Below, one piece after another: positions 40,385-53,656 of a DNA stretch of 64,000 nt. Positions within the stretch are counted from its first letter, which is position 1; every line of letters begins with the position of its first letter. The DNA comes from Octopus vulgaris (taxonomy: Eukaryota): contig OX597836.1 in the NCBI GenBank assembly GCA_951406725.2, positions 6,386,001-6,450,000 on the forward strand, read 5' to 3'. The notes under the pieces were generated by a model. It ran no database searches and was not told the DNA's origin. It saw nothing but the letters and a program-made list of their open reading frames with translations. The position numbers and the translations under genes were made by a program.

Positions 40385-40616
40385 TATTTCTTTATTACCC
40401 ACAAGGGGATAAACACAGAGGGGACAAACAAGGACATACAAACGGATCAAGTCGATTACATCGACCCCAGTGCGTAACTGGTACTTAATTTTCGACCCCG
40501 AAAGGATGAAAGGCAAAGTCGACCTTGGCGGAATTTGAACTCAAGAACGTAACGGCAGACGGAATACGGTTACACATTTCGCCCGGCGTGCTAACGTTTC
40601 TGCCAGCTCGCCGCCT
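40385..40616 (-). mobile_element. SINE family E monomer (tail a) with a perfect 16-bp TSD
   Basis: ATCTTGAAATAATACT at 40369-40384 and 40617-40632. Confidence 0.95.
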
Positions 40617-43149
40617 ATCTTGAAATAATACTGAACAATGACACACACATACACACATATACACACATGCATGCATGCATGCATACATACATACATACAT
40701 ATATACATGCATACATGCATACATACATACATACATACATACATACATACATACATACATACAAAATTCCAGGGAATGAACTTGGAACTAGGATAGAAAC
40801 CGGGTCTTTCTCTATTGGCAAGATATCTTGAAATAAAACTGAGTAATAACATACATACATATCCCATCAAGTCTTGCTTCGGAGAGCCAGCAGATTTAAA
40901 CAAACATCTACTATTTGAAGACTTGGTGAAGTCAGATACAATATGGAGGAAAAGTTTGATATGGTGGACGGAGGGAAAAAAAAGACACTTTATTTATGAG
41001 AAAATGCGACTAAATGCGAAAATAAACTCGAGTTAAAATAATGTCCGATAAAATTAGGTCTTTGCGCTCATGTACATCAGCGGACATTAATCGATAGAAT
41101 GTGTATAGCTATGTATGTATGTATTGTGCAAGCTTGTAAGTATGTATGTATGTGTGTAAGCATGTATGTTTGTATGTGTGTAAGCATATATGTTTGTATG
41201 AATGTATTGTGTAAGCATCTATGTATGCATTTATTTATGTATGTATATATGTGTGTGTGTGTGATGTGTGCGTATGTATGAATGTACGTATGTGTGTGAA
41301 TGGCTGTCTGTCTGTATGTATGTATGTGTGTAAGCATGTATGCATGTATGTATGCATGTATGTATGTGTGTATAATCATGTATGTATGTATGCATATATG
41401 CATATATGCATATATGCATGTATGTATGCATGTATGTATGTATGTGTATATAAGCATGCACATGTGTATACGTGTGTATAGGCATGTACATATGTGTATG
41501 TGTGTGTAGGTATGTATGTACATGTATGTTTGTGTGTATATATGTATGTATGTATGTATGTAGGTTTGGATGGATGGATGGATGGATGGATGTCCTGATT
41601 ATGATGTTGCATCCGGTGGTCGAGGATCCAGTTGAGGAACGGTAGTACCTGCTAGGGTCCAACTTATGGGTTAAGCAGATTTCCCAGAGATAGCGGAGTC
41701 TCCTTTTAATTTTCTTTGACAAAACCGCAGGGAAGGTAGCTCTTCAAGGAGAAAGATACTCTGACGTCAAACTTGCAGTCAAAGTAGTTACCAGTCGTCT
41801 ATAGAAGAAAACACTTGCCCAGGGTACCACGTAGTGGGAATGAACCCGGAACCATATGGTTGTTTTGCATCTCCCACCTATATCATTCATTCATATGTCA
41901 TACACATTCGCATTTGATACTATAATTTCCAAAAAAAAAACTAAAATTTTTATTATTGTAATTGAATAGAAAAGGATAAATATGCTTTTTTTCCAGCGAT
42001 CACCTTTTGGGACTTTTCGAAAAATTTATAATTTCCAAAATAATTCACATACGAAGAGAATTTAAATGCTATATATTATCTTAACTCCTAAGACACCCGG
42101 CAAAGCCAAAAAACTATGAATAAAAATATTTGACAGTTAATGGGTTAAAAGAATTAAGATATAAACAATTGGTATCTCTCCTTCGTGATTTAACAGAATA
42201 TTTATTATATACCACAACGATATCAAGAAGAAAAAAAACGATATATCGCAATTAATATAAGGCTATCTTGTAGATGTTGTTTACGTTATCTCAATCCCGT
42301 TCGACTCTTTTTATACGGGTTATCACCGGAAGTTAACCTTTCATGCTAAGGTCTTCTCTGTTTGCCTCACCCCTTCACCCAATTGTCTCATCACTTAGAG
42401 GAAGCATGAAGGTGGTTTTTAACAGACGTGAGGTAGTCGAGAGGAAGCAGAGCGAGAGAACAGTGATAACTGTGAAGAGAGAGAGAGAATGAAGCCATCT
42501 TATTTATTAACTATTTATCCGAATCTTTAGATTAATCTTCTGTCGCATTGCTTTCTTGGCTTTCTAATAAAGCAAACAATGTTTCCTCAAGAATCGGTTC
42601 TGCCTGTCTCATCTATTTGATCGACCGGAAAAAGAGTAAAAAAAAAAAAATACACAGAAAAAGAAAACGTGGGGGCGAAAAATAGAACGTTATATATATT
42701 TATTTATTTTCCATCATTATAAACAAAATGGCGTCGACTTTCTGCTGTCCCCTTGTGTCTTCGAAAGCTCAGAGAATCAAAGGATAAATGTACTTCTTAG
42801 AGAAGTTTCATCAAAAACAGAATAAATAAATATATAAAATAAAATAAAACCGCCCCCGAACCTGTAAGATAGGTTTAAATGTAAACCAGCTTCAATTAGA
42901 TTCAGTGCTTATTGTTGACAAAGCAATCAAAAGATCTTCACCAAGAACACTATTCGTCTGTCCAGCCATGCTTTTTTTGGAGGGGTTCTTTTTTTTTTCT
43001 GTTAGTTGTTTTATATATTTTCTTTCCCTGATTATCTCCGACTCGAAGCAGTTTTATTTAAATAAACATATCACACACTTTCACCCACACTCACAAACGT
43101 ACACTCACAAACGTTCACTCACAAACGTTCACTCACGTGTAATAACAGA

Positions 43150-43375
43150 TTCGAATTCTGGCAAAAAGCCAGCAATTTCGGAGGAGGTTGGGTAGGGTTG
43201 AGGTAAGCCGCTTACATCGACCCTAGTGTTCATCGGGTGCTTATTTTATCGACTCCCAAAAGGATGAACGGCTAAGTCAATCTCGGCGGAAGATGAAATC
43301 AGAACTTAAAGCCGAACGAAATGTCGCTAAGATTCTCGTCCGGCATGTTAACAATTCTGCTAGCTCGCCCGCCTC
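43150..43375 (-). mobile_element. SINE family E (degraded)
   Basis: ACATCGACCCTAGTG...AAAGGATGAA...GCTAGCTCGCC. Confidence 0.75.
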
Positions 43376-43430
43376 ACACACACATACTCCTATGTTACTT
43401 TCAGTGTAACCCTTGTGACTTTGCGAGTGT

Positions 43431-43521
<91 letters not shown>

Positions 43522-43629
43522 ATGTATGTATGTATATGGTTGAAATTTACAGAAAAATTTACAGACGAGGACAGGTGTAGGAACAAGAAGCAGGCATATT
43601 GTTTTGACGCTCGGGAAAAATTGAAAAGT

Positions 43630-43665
43630 CTTTTACGTTTCGAGCCTATGCTCTTCGACAGAAAG
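43630..43665 (-). ncRNA. Minimal hammerhead-like motif, A6U variant (family J element 43535-43690)
   Basis: CTTT-CTGTCGA-A-GAGC(ATAG)GCTC-GAAA-CG-TA-AAAG. Confidence 0.6.
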
Positions 43666-44751
43666 GAATAAAACGAAATAAAAAGAAAGACAATGAACAA
43701 AAAAACTGAGAGAGAAAAACAAAATTTACTTTAGGGATTAACAGTTCAACATGACGAAATAGCCGGAGGAAGGTTGAGAATATATATATGTGTGTGAATG
43801 TATACACATACATACATACATACATATATACATACATACATATGTATATATGTATGTATGTATGTATGTATATATATACCCTAAACTATGATTTAAGGGA
43901 GATGTGGCTCCTATTTCTACCATGCAGAACGACTATGTAACTCTCTCTTTCATTGACACACGGAAATTGAATTATGATTTAAGTAGATTGGGCTGCTCTT
44001 TCTTGCCTCCTTTGCAACCACATAGCAGTTTTTCTCTTATTGGTTCTTATTGGTTCAGAAAGTTTTGATTATTTTTTTTCTTCTTATCACACCAACCAAG
44101 ACCTTGTCTGATCAGGACATTGGTGTAAGTTTCGGGTTTTGGGCGGAGACAGAGAAAACAGAATTTGTTTACCCAAAGCGAATAGGAAAGGAACGGAATC
44201 AAAAACAAAGTAGACATCCGCCTCTACCTCGCCGTCATCCTATTCTAGCCTGTTATTCTCATAACACCGTACATCAGACCCTCGTCATTTCACTGAAGGT
44301 CACCGAATGTCATGGGCTTACACCCTTCATCCAGACTAAACAAACTATTAAGGAAAAGTCCTCCATTACACTGTACTCTCCCGTTCTTTCACTAGACTTC
44401 ACTCTTCACGTTCCTTTAGAGCCATCGCCACCTCTCTCGACGCCATCTTACTTAAACTCCATTGAACTCCTCTCTATCCACGCCCATCACTGCTTTCTTA
44501 CATCAGTTAACCCTATTAATGATTGAAGAAACACGAGAAAGATGAAATGTAAGTAAACACGTGAAAGACATCCTGATAGCCACCCGACAGCAAAGCTACC
44601 CACCGCCACACGACAGCTGCCTTCCTTCAAATCGCAGCCATCTTGTAAAACGGAGGACCTATTCGGTAATGTAGTCCTAACCTGAAATAAAGATAGGGTG
44701 TTCGCGGATCAGAGGTCTGTCTAACCAGGTGTAACCCAGGGCTAAATAATA

Positions 44752-44958
44752 TTGGTTTCCAGCTTTGGCACAAGGCCAGCAATTTCGGGGTGGGAATTAA
44801 ACTAATTATATCTACCCCAGTGCGTAACTGGTACTTATTTCATCGAGCTCGACCTCGAAAGGATGAAAGGCAAAGCCGACCTCAACGGAATTTTATTGGC
44901 TAAGCATTTTGACCAATGGCGGGAGGAGGGGCTAATGATTTTGCTAGTTCACCGCCTA
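44752..44958 (-). mobile_element. SINE family E (degraded)
   Basis: GGCACAAGGCCAGCAATTTCGG...CCCAGTGCGTAACTGGTACTT...GGATGAAAGGCAAAG. Confidence 0.8.
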
Positions 44959-45952
44959 GGGTTTAATAACAATGCAACAACAACAACAACAACTGCTGCT
45001 GCTGCTGCTACTACTACTACTACTACTACTACTACTATGAAACCCACATATGGCACATAGACCCATGACCCATCTTTCATATTGGATCTCATTACTGGTT
45101 ATGAACGCCTGGCGTCTGGGATATGAAACATCGTAACAGAATCACTGCTGGCTATAATTTCTACAGAAAATATGTGGAGATGACCGTAACATGCAATTTA
45201 ATATAGCACTGCTAACAGAGAAGGACACGGTATTGACTTTATAAAATCGTTTAATATACTTTGTAGCATAATAGTTGCATAACGAAATACCACGTACCTA
45301 CAGGTCATTAATATATATATGTATAAGTATATATAAATATATATTACTTAATTATTTTATATATATATATATATAACGATGCATATACATATGTATGTAT
45401 ATGCAACGTTCATGCCTGCTGTAAAGTATGTTGTCTAAGAGAAAAACAGATTTTAGAAATAGAACCCTTCGAGCCCAAGTTCGTTTTTCTGTAAATTTTG
45501 CCGCCGATCAACAACATCTGCGATCACTACTTATCTCTGCCATTTCCCAAACCTAATTCAATTTCCTCTCAGCTTCACCTCAGAAGGATGTTCAATAGGA
45601 AATGGGAAATGTGAGATAAATACACCCACTTGCCGCCGACCACTGGCGCGCTCTTTTGTGGTTAGTGTATTCGGCTGAGGATTGTAAACTGCTTGATTTC
45701 GATTCCTAGGGGCACGTCAATTTTACGTTGCTGGAGTCCAGTCAGCTAGCAAAAACAGATGAGTTGTACTTGTGATTCAAAAAATCATCCTTGTCCCATT
45801 ATATGTCACACGAAACTCGAAAGGTTGGAGCTCCAGGCAAGCTTTTTGTGATAACCTTAAAGCCAGGTTCATTTCAGCAATGCTTTGTCTCTCCCTCCCT
45901 CTCTCTCTCTCTCACTCTCTCTTTCTTTCTTTCTATATATATATATATATAT

Positions 45953-46173
45953 ATTTTCTTTATTGCCCACAAGGGGCTAAACATAGAGGGGACAAACATG
46001 GGACTAAGTCGATTACATCGACCCCAGTGCGAAGCTGGTACTTTATTTATCGACCCCGAAAGGATGAAAGGCAAAGTCGACCACGGCGGAATTTGAACTC
46101 ACAACATAACGACAGACGAAATACCGCTAAGCATTTCGCCCGGCGCGCTAACGTTTCTGCCAGCTCGCCGCCT
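45953..46173 (-). mobile_element. SINE family E monomer (tail a)
   Basis: Full head-to-tail match. Confidence 0.9.
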
Positions 46174-46191
46174 TTCTATATATATGAATAC

Positions 46192-46226
<35 letters not shown>

Positions 46227-46242
46227 TAGGTGTGAATGCGCC

Positions 46243-46358
46243 AGTATTGCTAGAAATAAGAGTCAAAACAACTCATAGCCACAGAAAGCATTTGTCAGTC
46301 ATGAGATAAGTGCCTTTTGTGGCTATAAGTTGCTTTGGCCCTTATTTCTAGCAAAACT
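46243..46358. repeat. ~50-bp-arm hairpin
   Basis: TTGCTAGAAATAAG...AGCCACA...GCATTTGTC pairs with GATAAGTGC...TGTGGCT...CTTATTTCTAGCAA, 8 transition mismatches. Confidence 0.9.
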
Positions 46359-46395
46359 AGTGCTGATTCCTGCCTTTAGTCACTCTAGTGAACTC

Positions 46396-46426
<31 letters not shown>

Positions 46427-46495
46427 TGTATGTATGTATGTATGTATGTATATATATAAGGATATATATATACATATATATATATATATACATAT

Positions 46496-46549
<54 letters not shown>

Positions 46550-47479
46550 GCATATATGTATATTTATAAATATACATACACACACACACATAAATATATA
46601 ATTTATATATATACCTATCTATCTATCTATATATATATATATATATTATACTTATATATATATACTTATATATATATATATATATATACGTACGCATATA
46701 TATACACATACATATAAATATACTTGCAAACACGCTCACACAAGTATATATATATATACACACACACATACATATATATATATATACATATATATATATA
46801 CATATATATACATATGTATATTTATATATGTATATTTATACATATACATATATATATATAAATACATATATTTATATATGTATATTTATACATATATAAA
46901 TGTGTGTATAAATATATATGTATATACATACACACATGGGCACAACACGATGCAGAAAACTACTGTATGTGTGTAGGGTGCCACTTGGTAAAGAATAAAC
47001 TTTACCAAAGTTTAAGAGGTTAAGAGGTCACTGATAACAGTTCAACTGTATGTCACTAACATCGTTTAAAACACATATTTCGGGGACAATGGTGTTATTA
47101 TAATTCTGGTAGGACGAAAATAGTAATTCCTTTTTCTTTTTTAATAAGAAATCTTTTATTTATATTATGTATGTATTTTTGAATTCAATTTGTCCCTATA
47201 TATTGTATAATCTTTTTGCCTTTTCTCTTATTCATATTTCCTTTTTATATCACCATATGTACATCCCTACAGGATAATATATTGTTCTAAGTATGAACCC
47301 TTGTGGCAAATTACTGAAAGTGTTGTTATTATCATTAATATTATTTTCCGGTTGATTTGCATTTTATTTCTCGTCTGACCGGGTTCCAACCAGAGACCTA
47401 TGATGGAGGGAAACATCCCGAGGTTGTGGACGATTGATGTCAATACAATTTTTTGAGTCTAGAGATCTGGTAAAAAAAA

Positions 47480-48162
47480 ATGCTTGTTACGGCCTTTTTT
47501 AATAATTCCCAGGGTACCTTCCAACATGAGGGATGGTTTTGGCTTTAAAATGCCATGTCCTAGATGTATTAATCTCAAGGTCCTTACATTTCGACAGTTT
47601 TTCAAATTCCTTTGCTGAAATTTTTCTTTCAGTAGGCACTGTCATATCAATTAACAGGCATGTTTTTGTTTTGTCTTAGGTCCTTGATAACGATGTCCAA
47701 TTTTTTGTTTTGTTCGTGTTTTGTGGTTATTTGTAGTAGTTTTCCTTGCTTCTGAAGTAGGCATTTCTGTAGTCCTATGGTGGTTATTTTGTAATAGTTT
47801 TCTAGCTGTATAAGGCCTCTACCACATTCTATACGTTGTATACATAACCTTTCTATGTCATATTTTGGGTGGTGAATCCTAAATCCTGTCATTATTTTTC
47901 TTGTTTCCCTGTCTATTTTGATTAGTTCATTTAGTGTCCAGTTAAGGATAGTGCAGCTGTAACTATAACTGGGACGGCTAAAGGGTTTATACCTATTATC
48001 TTGTTTTTCGCATTAAGCTGTTTTCAGTATGAATCTAACTCGTCTACAGTATTCTTTTCTTACTTTCTCTTTCATTTGTGTGTGTCGTGTCGTATCTAGT
48101 TCATTTCTTCCTAAGTATTTATATGTCTGGCCTTGGTCTGTTTCTCTTATTTCATTCCCTCC
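47480..48162 (-). pseudogene. R4/Dong-clade LINE remnant: RT C-terminus fused to endonuclease by internal deletion
   Basis: TYKYLG...KEYCRRVRFILKT...INPLAVPVISYS...HHPKYDIERL...GRGL, then DIVIKD...IDMTVP...KEFEKLSK. Confidence 0.85.
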
Positions 48163-48254
48163 CCTAAAATGGCTGCCCCGGTGGAAAAATTTGAGACTAT
48201 TATTATTATAATAATTATAACTATTATTATCACTATTATTGCGGTAAAAACGAA

Positions 48255-49062
48255 AAGACGAGGAGTTGGCAGAATTGTTAGCGTGCCAGGCAAAATGCTT
48301 AGCAGCATTTCGCTTATCTGTACGTTCTGTGTTCAAATGCCGTCGAATTTTGCTTTTCATCCTTTCGGGGTCGATGAAATAAGTACCAGTTACTCACTGG
48401 AGTCGATGTAATCGACTAGCCCCTCCCTCCAAATTTCAGGCCTTGTGCCAATAGTAGAAAAGTTTATTGTTGTTATAGTAAAGGCTTAGAAGCATTTCAT
48501 CCGTCTTTTCGTTCTGCGTTCGAATTCTGTCGAGGTCGACTTTGCCTTTCATCCTGTCGGTATCAATGAAATAAGTACCAGTAGAGTACTTGTTATCACT
48601 CTAATCAACTAGTCCCCCCCACCCGCCAAACCTGCTGGCCTTGTGCTAAAATTTGAAACCATTATTAGTAGTTGAAGGCAGCGAGCTGGCAGAATCGTTA
48701 AAGGATTATTATTATTATTGCTGTTAAAGTGGTGAGCTGGCAGAAACGTTAGCACGCCGGGCGAAATGCTTAGCGGTATTTCGTCTGGTGCTATGTTCTG
48801 AGTTCAATTTCCGCCGAGGTCGACTTTGCCTTTCATCCTTTCGGGGTCGATAAATTAAGTACCAGTTACGCACTGGGGTTGATGTAATCGACTTAATCCG
48901 TTTATCTGTCCTTGTTTGTCCCCTCTGTGTTTAGCCCCTCGTGTGTAGTAAAGAAATAGGTATTTCGTCTGGCGCTATGTTCTGAGTTCAATTTCCGCCG
49001 AGGTCGACTTTGCCTTTTATCCTTTCGGGATCGATTAAATAAGTACCAGTTACGCACTGAGG
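48255..49062 (+). mobile_element. Cluster of SINE family E copies including a dimer (48727-49062)
   Basis: Repeated GTCGACTTTGCCTTTCATCCTTTCGGGGTCGAT; junction AAAGAAATAG|GTATTTCG at ~48960. Confidence 0.9.
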
Positions 49063-49084
49063 ATATAAATTTACATATAATTAA

Positions 49085-49148
49085 CCAGAAAAACCCGTGA
49101 CGTACCGAGGGCGCGATAAGTGAATCGCGATATGTCGAGGGATTGCTG
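49085..49148. mobile_element. Probable pogo/Tigger-type transposon end
   Basis: ...CGCGATATGTCGAGGGATTGCTG|TA resembles CAGT-A-TCCCTCG-type TIRs; no partner end seen. Confidence 0.4.
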
Positions 49149-49566
49149 TATCTCTTCTACGTTGGATAATTCAATTCTGTAACTTGTTTTATCTCCCTGT
49201 GGATTGAACTTGGGCTTTCATTTTACAGTGAAGGTCTAACAAGATGAACCACATATCGAACCGTTTTCCTACATGGTAGGAAATAGAGGCAATGCTGTGA
49301 AACACTACTGTTATTTCGCATTACGTTTTTGACGGTTCACAATGAGGTCAAACATGTATGTTCTTTACATTTGATGCAACAAAATGTTACACTTAACACA
49401 ATGGGTCGCTTGCGTAATTCACGTTGCCAGTACATTTACTGTTTGTTATGCAAATCAGAGAAACCAGTTTAGCTCTGTCCCAGTTTGTCTACACTGTAAA
49501 TAGCGATTAATGAATAGTCTCCCAGCGGAAAGGAGATGAATAATGAATATTATTTCTCAAATGATT

Positions 49567-50310
49567 AAGACGGCGAGCTGGCAGGAACGTTTGCACGCCG
49601 GGCCAAATGCGTAGCCGTATTTCGTCTGTCTTTACGTTCTGAGTTCAAATTCCGCCGAGGTCGACTTTGCCTTTCATCCTTTCGGGGTCGATTAAATAAG
49701 TACCAGTTACGCACTGGGGGTCGATGTAATCGACTTAATCTGTGTGGCTGTCCTTGTTTGTCCCCTCTGTTTTAGCCCCTTGTGGGTAGTAAAGAAATAG
49801 TTATTTCGTTTGCCGTTACGTTCTGAGTTCAAATTCCGCCGAGGTCGACTTTGCCTTTCATCATTTCGGGGTCGATTAAATAAGTACCAGTTACGCACTG
49901 GGGTCGATGTAATCGACTTAATCTGTGTGGCTGTCCTTGTTTGTCCCCTCTGTTTTAGCCCCTTGTGGGTAGTAAAGAAATAGTTATTTCGTTTGCCGTT
50001 ACGTTCTGAGTTCAAATTCCGCCGAGGTCGACTTTGCCTTTCATTTCAGCCTTTCGGGATCGATAGATAAAGTACCAGTTACGCACTGGGGTCGATGTAA
50101 TCGACTTAATCCGTTTTTCTGTCCTTGTTTGTCCACTCTGTGTTTAGCCCCTTGTGGGTAGTAAAGAAATAGGTATTTTGTCTGCCGCTACGCTCTGAGT
50201 TCAAATTCCGCTGAGGTCGACTTTACATTTCCTCCTTTCGGGGTCGATAAGCACTGGGGTTCATGTAATCGATCTATACCCTCCCCAAAACTTTGGTAGA
50301 AAGGTTTATT
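49567..50310 (+). mobile_element. SINE family E tetramer: head-(body-tail a)3-body-tail b, ~183-bp period
   Basis: Units start at ~49617, 49801, 49984 and 50172. Confidence 0.9.
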
Positions 50311-50567
50311 TCTCTAATGATGTCTTATCATGACTTGAAACTAACCAGATTTGACCCAATTTTTCACCTTTTTTCAAAAATTCATTTTTTTGTTGCTTAT
50401 GAATACTATAGCAAAACCACTTTTTGTTTTAAAGTTTCCTCTGCGAAGCTAAACTACATGTGGAGAGCTGAATCATCCTGGGGTACAGAGGATTCGCAAT
50501 TTAAACTAGGGTCTAAAAGTTTTACCACACCATAGTGGGTTACACCATGGTTCCTCTGCTTTGTGGC

Positions 50568-50761
50568 AGAAGTAAGAAGAAAGAGTGAGAGAAAGTTGTG
50601 GTGAAAGAGTACAGCGGGGTTCACCCCCCTCCCCAACCGGAGCCTCGTGAAGCTTAGGTGTTTTGCTCCATAAACACTCAGAATGCCCGGTCTGGGAATC
50701 GAAACCGCGTTCTTACGACCACGAGACCGTTGCCCAAACCACTGGGCCATTGCGCCTCCAC
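50568..50761 (-). mobile_element. SINE head H1 without tail
   Basis: Matches 5165-5353. Confidence 0.85.
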
Positions 50762-51200
50762 TACCATTGTTGTTGCTGTTGTTGCTGCTGCTTAGCCTTC
50801 TAGATCAGTATTGAAGCTGTTCCAGCCGTGACATCCCCATCTATTTATATAACAATGATTACATTAGCCAATGTGTCTTCAATAAGTTCGGATTATCGTT
50901 TCAATTACAAGAACACAAGGGTGTAATTTGAGTGAGTTTCGCTTACTATTTCTAGCGGGACAAGTATGTCTCATTGAGGCTTTCCTGAAGACTCGTTGTT
51001 GTTGTTGTTGTTGTTGTAGTTGTTGTAGTTGTTGTTGTTTTAGTTGTTGCTGTCATTATCTCTGTTTCCATTGACAAATACACTAGCGGGAAAACACTTG
51101 TTAAGTGTTTCTCACCGACAACAATTATGGAACTTACAGACATTGGACAAACACATACACACATGTACGAACGTGTATATATGTGTGCGTGTTAGGTGTG

Positions 51201-51233
<33 letters not shown>

Positions 51234-51492
51234 ATATACAGACAAAGAAACATACACATGCAAACACGTAAAGACGTACACTTATGCTCATTGCGTGTAT
51301 ATATACGTACATACATTTATATACATACACATATATATGTGTATGTATATAAATATACACACACATTTACGTATATTTATATACATACATTTATATACAC
51401 ACACGCATACACACACACACACACACACACATATATATGTATATACATATATATGTGTGTGTGTGTGTGTGTGTGTAGATACATACATATTT

Positions 51493-51525
<33 letters not shown>

Positions 51526-51842
51526 ATGTATATGTATGTATGTATGTATATACATATCCATGCACATATATACATACACATATTTATATAGATATAAATA
51601 CACACACGCGCTTAAACAAACAGCCCTCAACTATTATTGCATAGCAGCGGTCCAGACATGCCATATCCTGCCTTTGTTATGATTTGTCACTTTGCCGCCG
51701 AAGGTGATGACAAAATGTCACGATTAGGAACTCTCCTCTTTTTTCAACGTCTCTTTATATGAACTACTGATACAATCCTTCTTCGGGTTCACCACCCGAC
51801 CTACAAGAAATAGCAGCGAAGTCTACCCTGATTTATAGCCTA

Positions 51843-51997
51843 GGCGTGGGTGGGGGTGTCCTAAGAAGCTTGTTTTTCAATCACATGGTTCCGGGTTCAG
51901 TCCCACATCGGGCAAGTGTCTTCTACTATATAGCCTCGGGCCGACCAAAACCTTGTGAGTGGATATGGTAGACGGAAACTGAAACAAACCCGTGGAA
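51843..51997 (+). mobile_element. SINE family A 5' fragment
   Basis: CACATGGTTCCGGGTTCAGTCCCAC...GTAGACGGAAACTGAAA. Confidence 0.8.
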
Positions 51998-52011
51998 TAT
52001 GTATATCTATA

Positions 52012-52049
<38 letters not shown>

Positions 52050-52341
52050 CCGGAGTAAACACGTAAATGTGAAACAAGGCGGAAAAAAAGAGTACTCAAA
52101 TACTAGTAGTAGAGTAATATGCTTTATTTAAAGTAGCAGAAAATTCTACAAAACCTGTTACTCTGAGTTTCGCGTTATATATATACACAACTATGAGAGA
52201 GAATCCACTATGTGGACGCTCTTACGCTAGATATAGATCCGCAAAGGGACTCAACCACTGAGAATTGTTCTCAAGAAATAATTCGGCACACCAAGAACGT
52301 AAGCGAGCAGGACAAATGAAAAATAACGAAAATATAGATTA

Positions 52342-52417
52342 ACCCCATACAATTGTTTCACCGTTAATAAATTATGTAATTTTACTTACATAAATATCCT
52401 CGGATCATCGGTGGAGT
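52342..52417 (-). ncRNA. Hammerhead ribozyme (U4C in this copy) in a relative of the 38500 element (~52300-52605)
   Basis: ACTCCA-CCGATGA-T-CCG[hairpin]CGG-T-GAAA-CAATTG-TA-TGGGGT. Confidence 0.65.
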
Positions 52418-52616
52418 ACGTCATAAAATATAATTTGTCGAACTGCACGCTATATATCAATACGAGGTCAGAGACACGAGCAATTCGGCCGATTATATTC
52501 ACAGTTACATTAAAATGCCCTCGTTCTGGCGCGCTAAATTTCCGGAAATAAATACTGGTGTTTAAATTGATGTTATTAAATTAATATCCAATTTTTTCAC
52601 CCTCTTTTTGACTTTA

Positions 52617-52746
<130 letters not shown>

Positions 52747-52781
52747 TATATGTGTGTATGTGTGTGTGTGTGCATGTGTGT

Positions 52782-52920
52782 GGCAGCCAAAATTGCAAAG
52801 ATAATCTGGAACTTGACTGAGGAAAGAAAACTCCGAATGACCCGTCCTTGTTTTTTCTTGTCCCTTTTTTTGTATCGCCTGTCTGGATGTTTTATGTTCT
52901 TGTCCCATTTTTTGTATTCC

Positions 52921-52923
<3 letters not shown>
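52782..52923 (+). repeat. Family G fragment
   Basis: Reverse complement of 62225-62378. Confidence 0.8.
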
Positions 52924-52969
<46 letters not shown>

Positions 52970-53242
52970 TGGGGTATGTGCAAAAGTGGGTATACAGTAA
53001 GTATCACATCGTTGTAATACTTAATTCATTAAAATTATAAGCGCATTGAATTCGCCTCAGTTTTATATTTTCAGTGTGATTAATCATAATAATACATACA
53101 TCATAACTATGATAATACTTTAATCGTAAATTTTAATTTCTTTGATAAAAAAAACGAGTACTGTATGAGTTTTTCTTGAAAACTGTATACGTACTTTTGC
53201 ACGATTCTGTGTGTGTGTGTGTGTGTGCGTGTGCAAATATAT

Positions 53243-53362
53243 GGGTTCAGTCCCACTGCGTGGCATCTTGGGCAAGTGTCTTCTGCTATGGCCCCGGGCC
53301 GACAATGCCTTGTGAGTGGACTTGGTAGACGGAAACTGAAAGAAGCCTGTCGTATATATGTT

Positions 53363-53393
<31 letters not shown>

Positions 53394-53610
53394 ATGTGTG
53401 TGTGTTTGTGTGTGTTTGTCCCCCTAGCATTGCTTGACAACCGATGCTGGTGTGTTTACGTCCCCGTCACTTAGCAGTTCGGCTAAAGAGACCGATGGAA
53501 TAAGTACTGGGCTTACAAAGAATAAGTCCCGGGGTCGATTTGCTCGACTAAAGGCGGTGCTCCAGCATGGCCGCAGTCAAATGACTGAAACAAGTAAAAA
53601 AAAAAAAGAG

Positions 53611-53612
<2 letters not shown>
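53243..53612 (+). mobile_element. SINE family A (5'-truncated), followed by a degraded tail to ~53800
   Basis: Matches 25268-25635. Confidence 0.9.

Positions 53613-53656
<44 letters not shown>

Noticed and set aside
44050-44526. 158-aa ORF with a signal-peptide-like start
   Set aside because: It starts at a non-ATG codon and shows no homology or motif that I recognise.
49617-49800. Ribozyme inside the SINE E tandem unit (retrozyme hypothesis)
   Set aside because: No hammerhead core was found on either strand by eye.
52055-52176. (TA)n-flanked fragment ending at minus-strand GCGAAACTCAG
   Set aside because: Truncated; no CUGANGA half is present.
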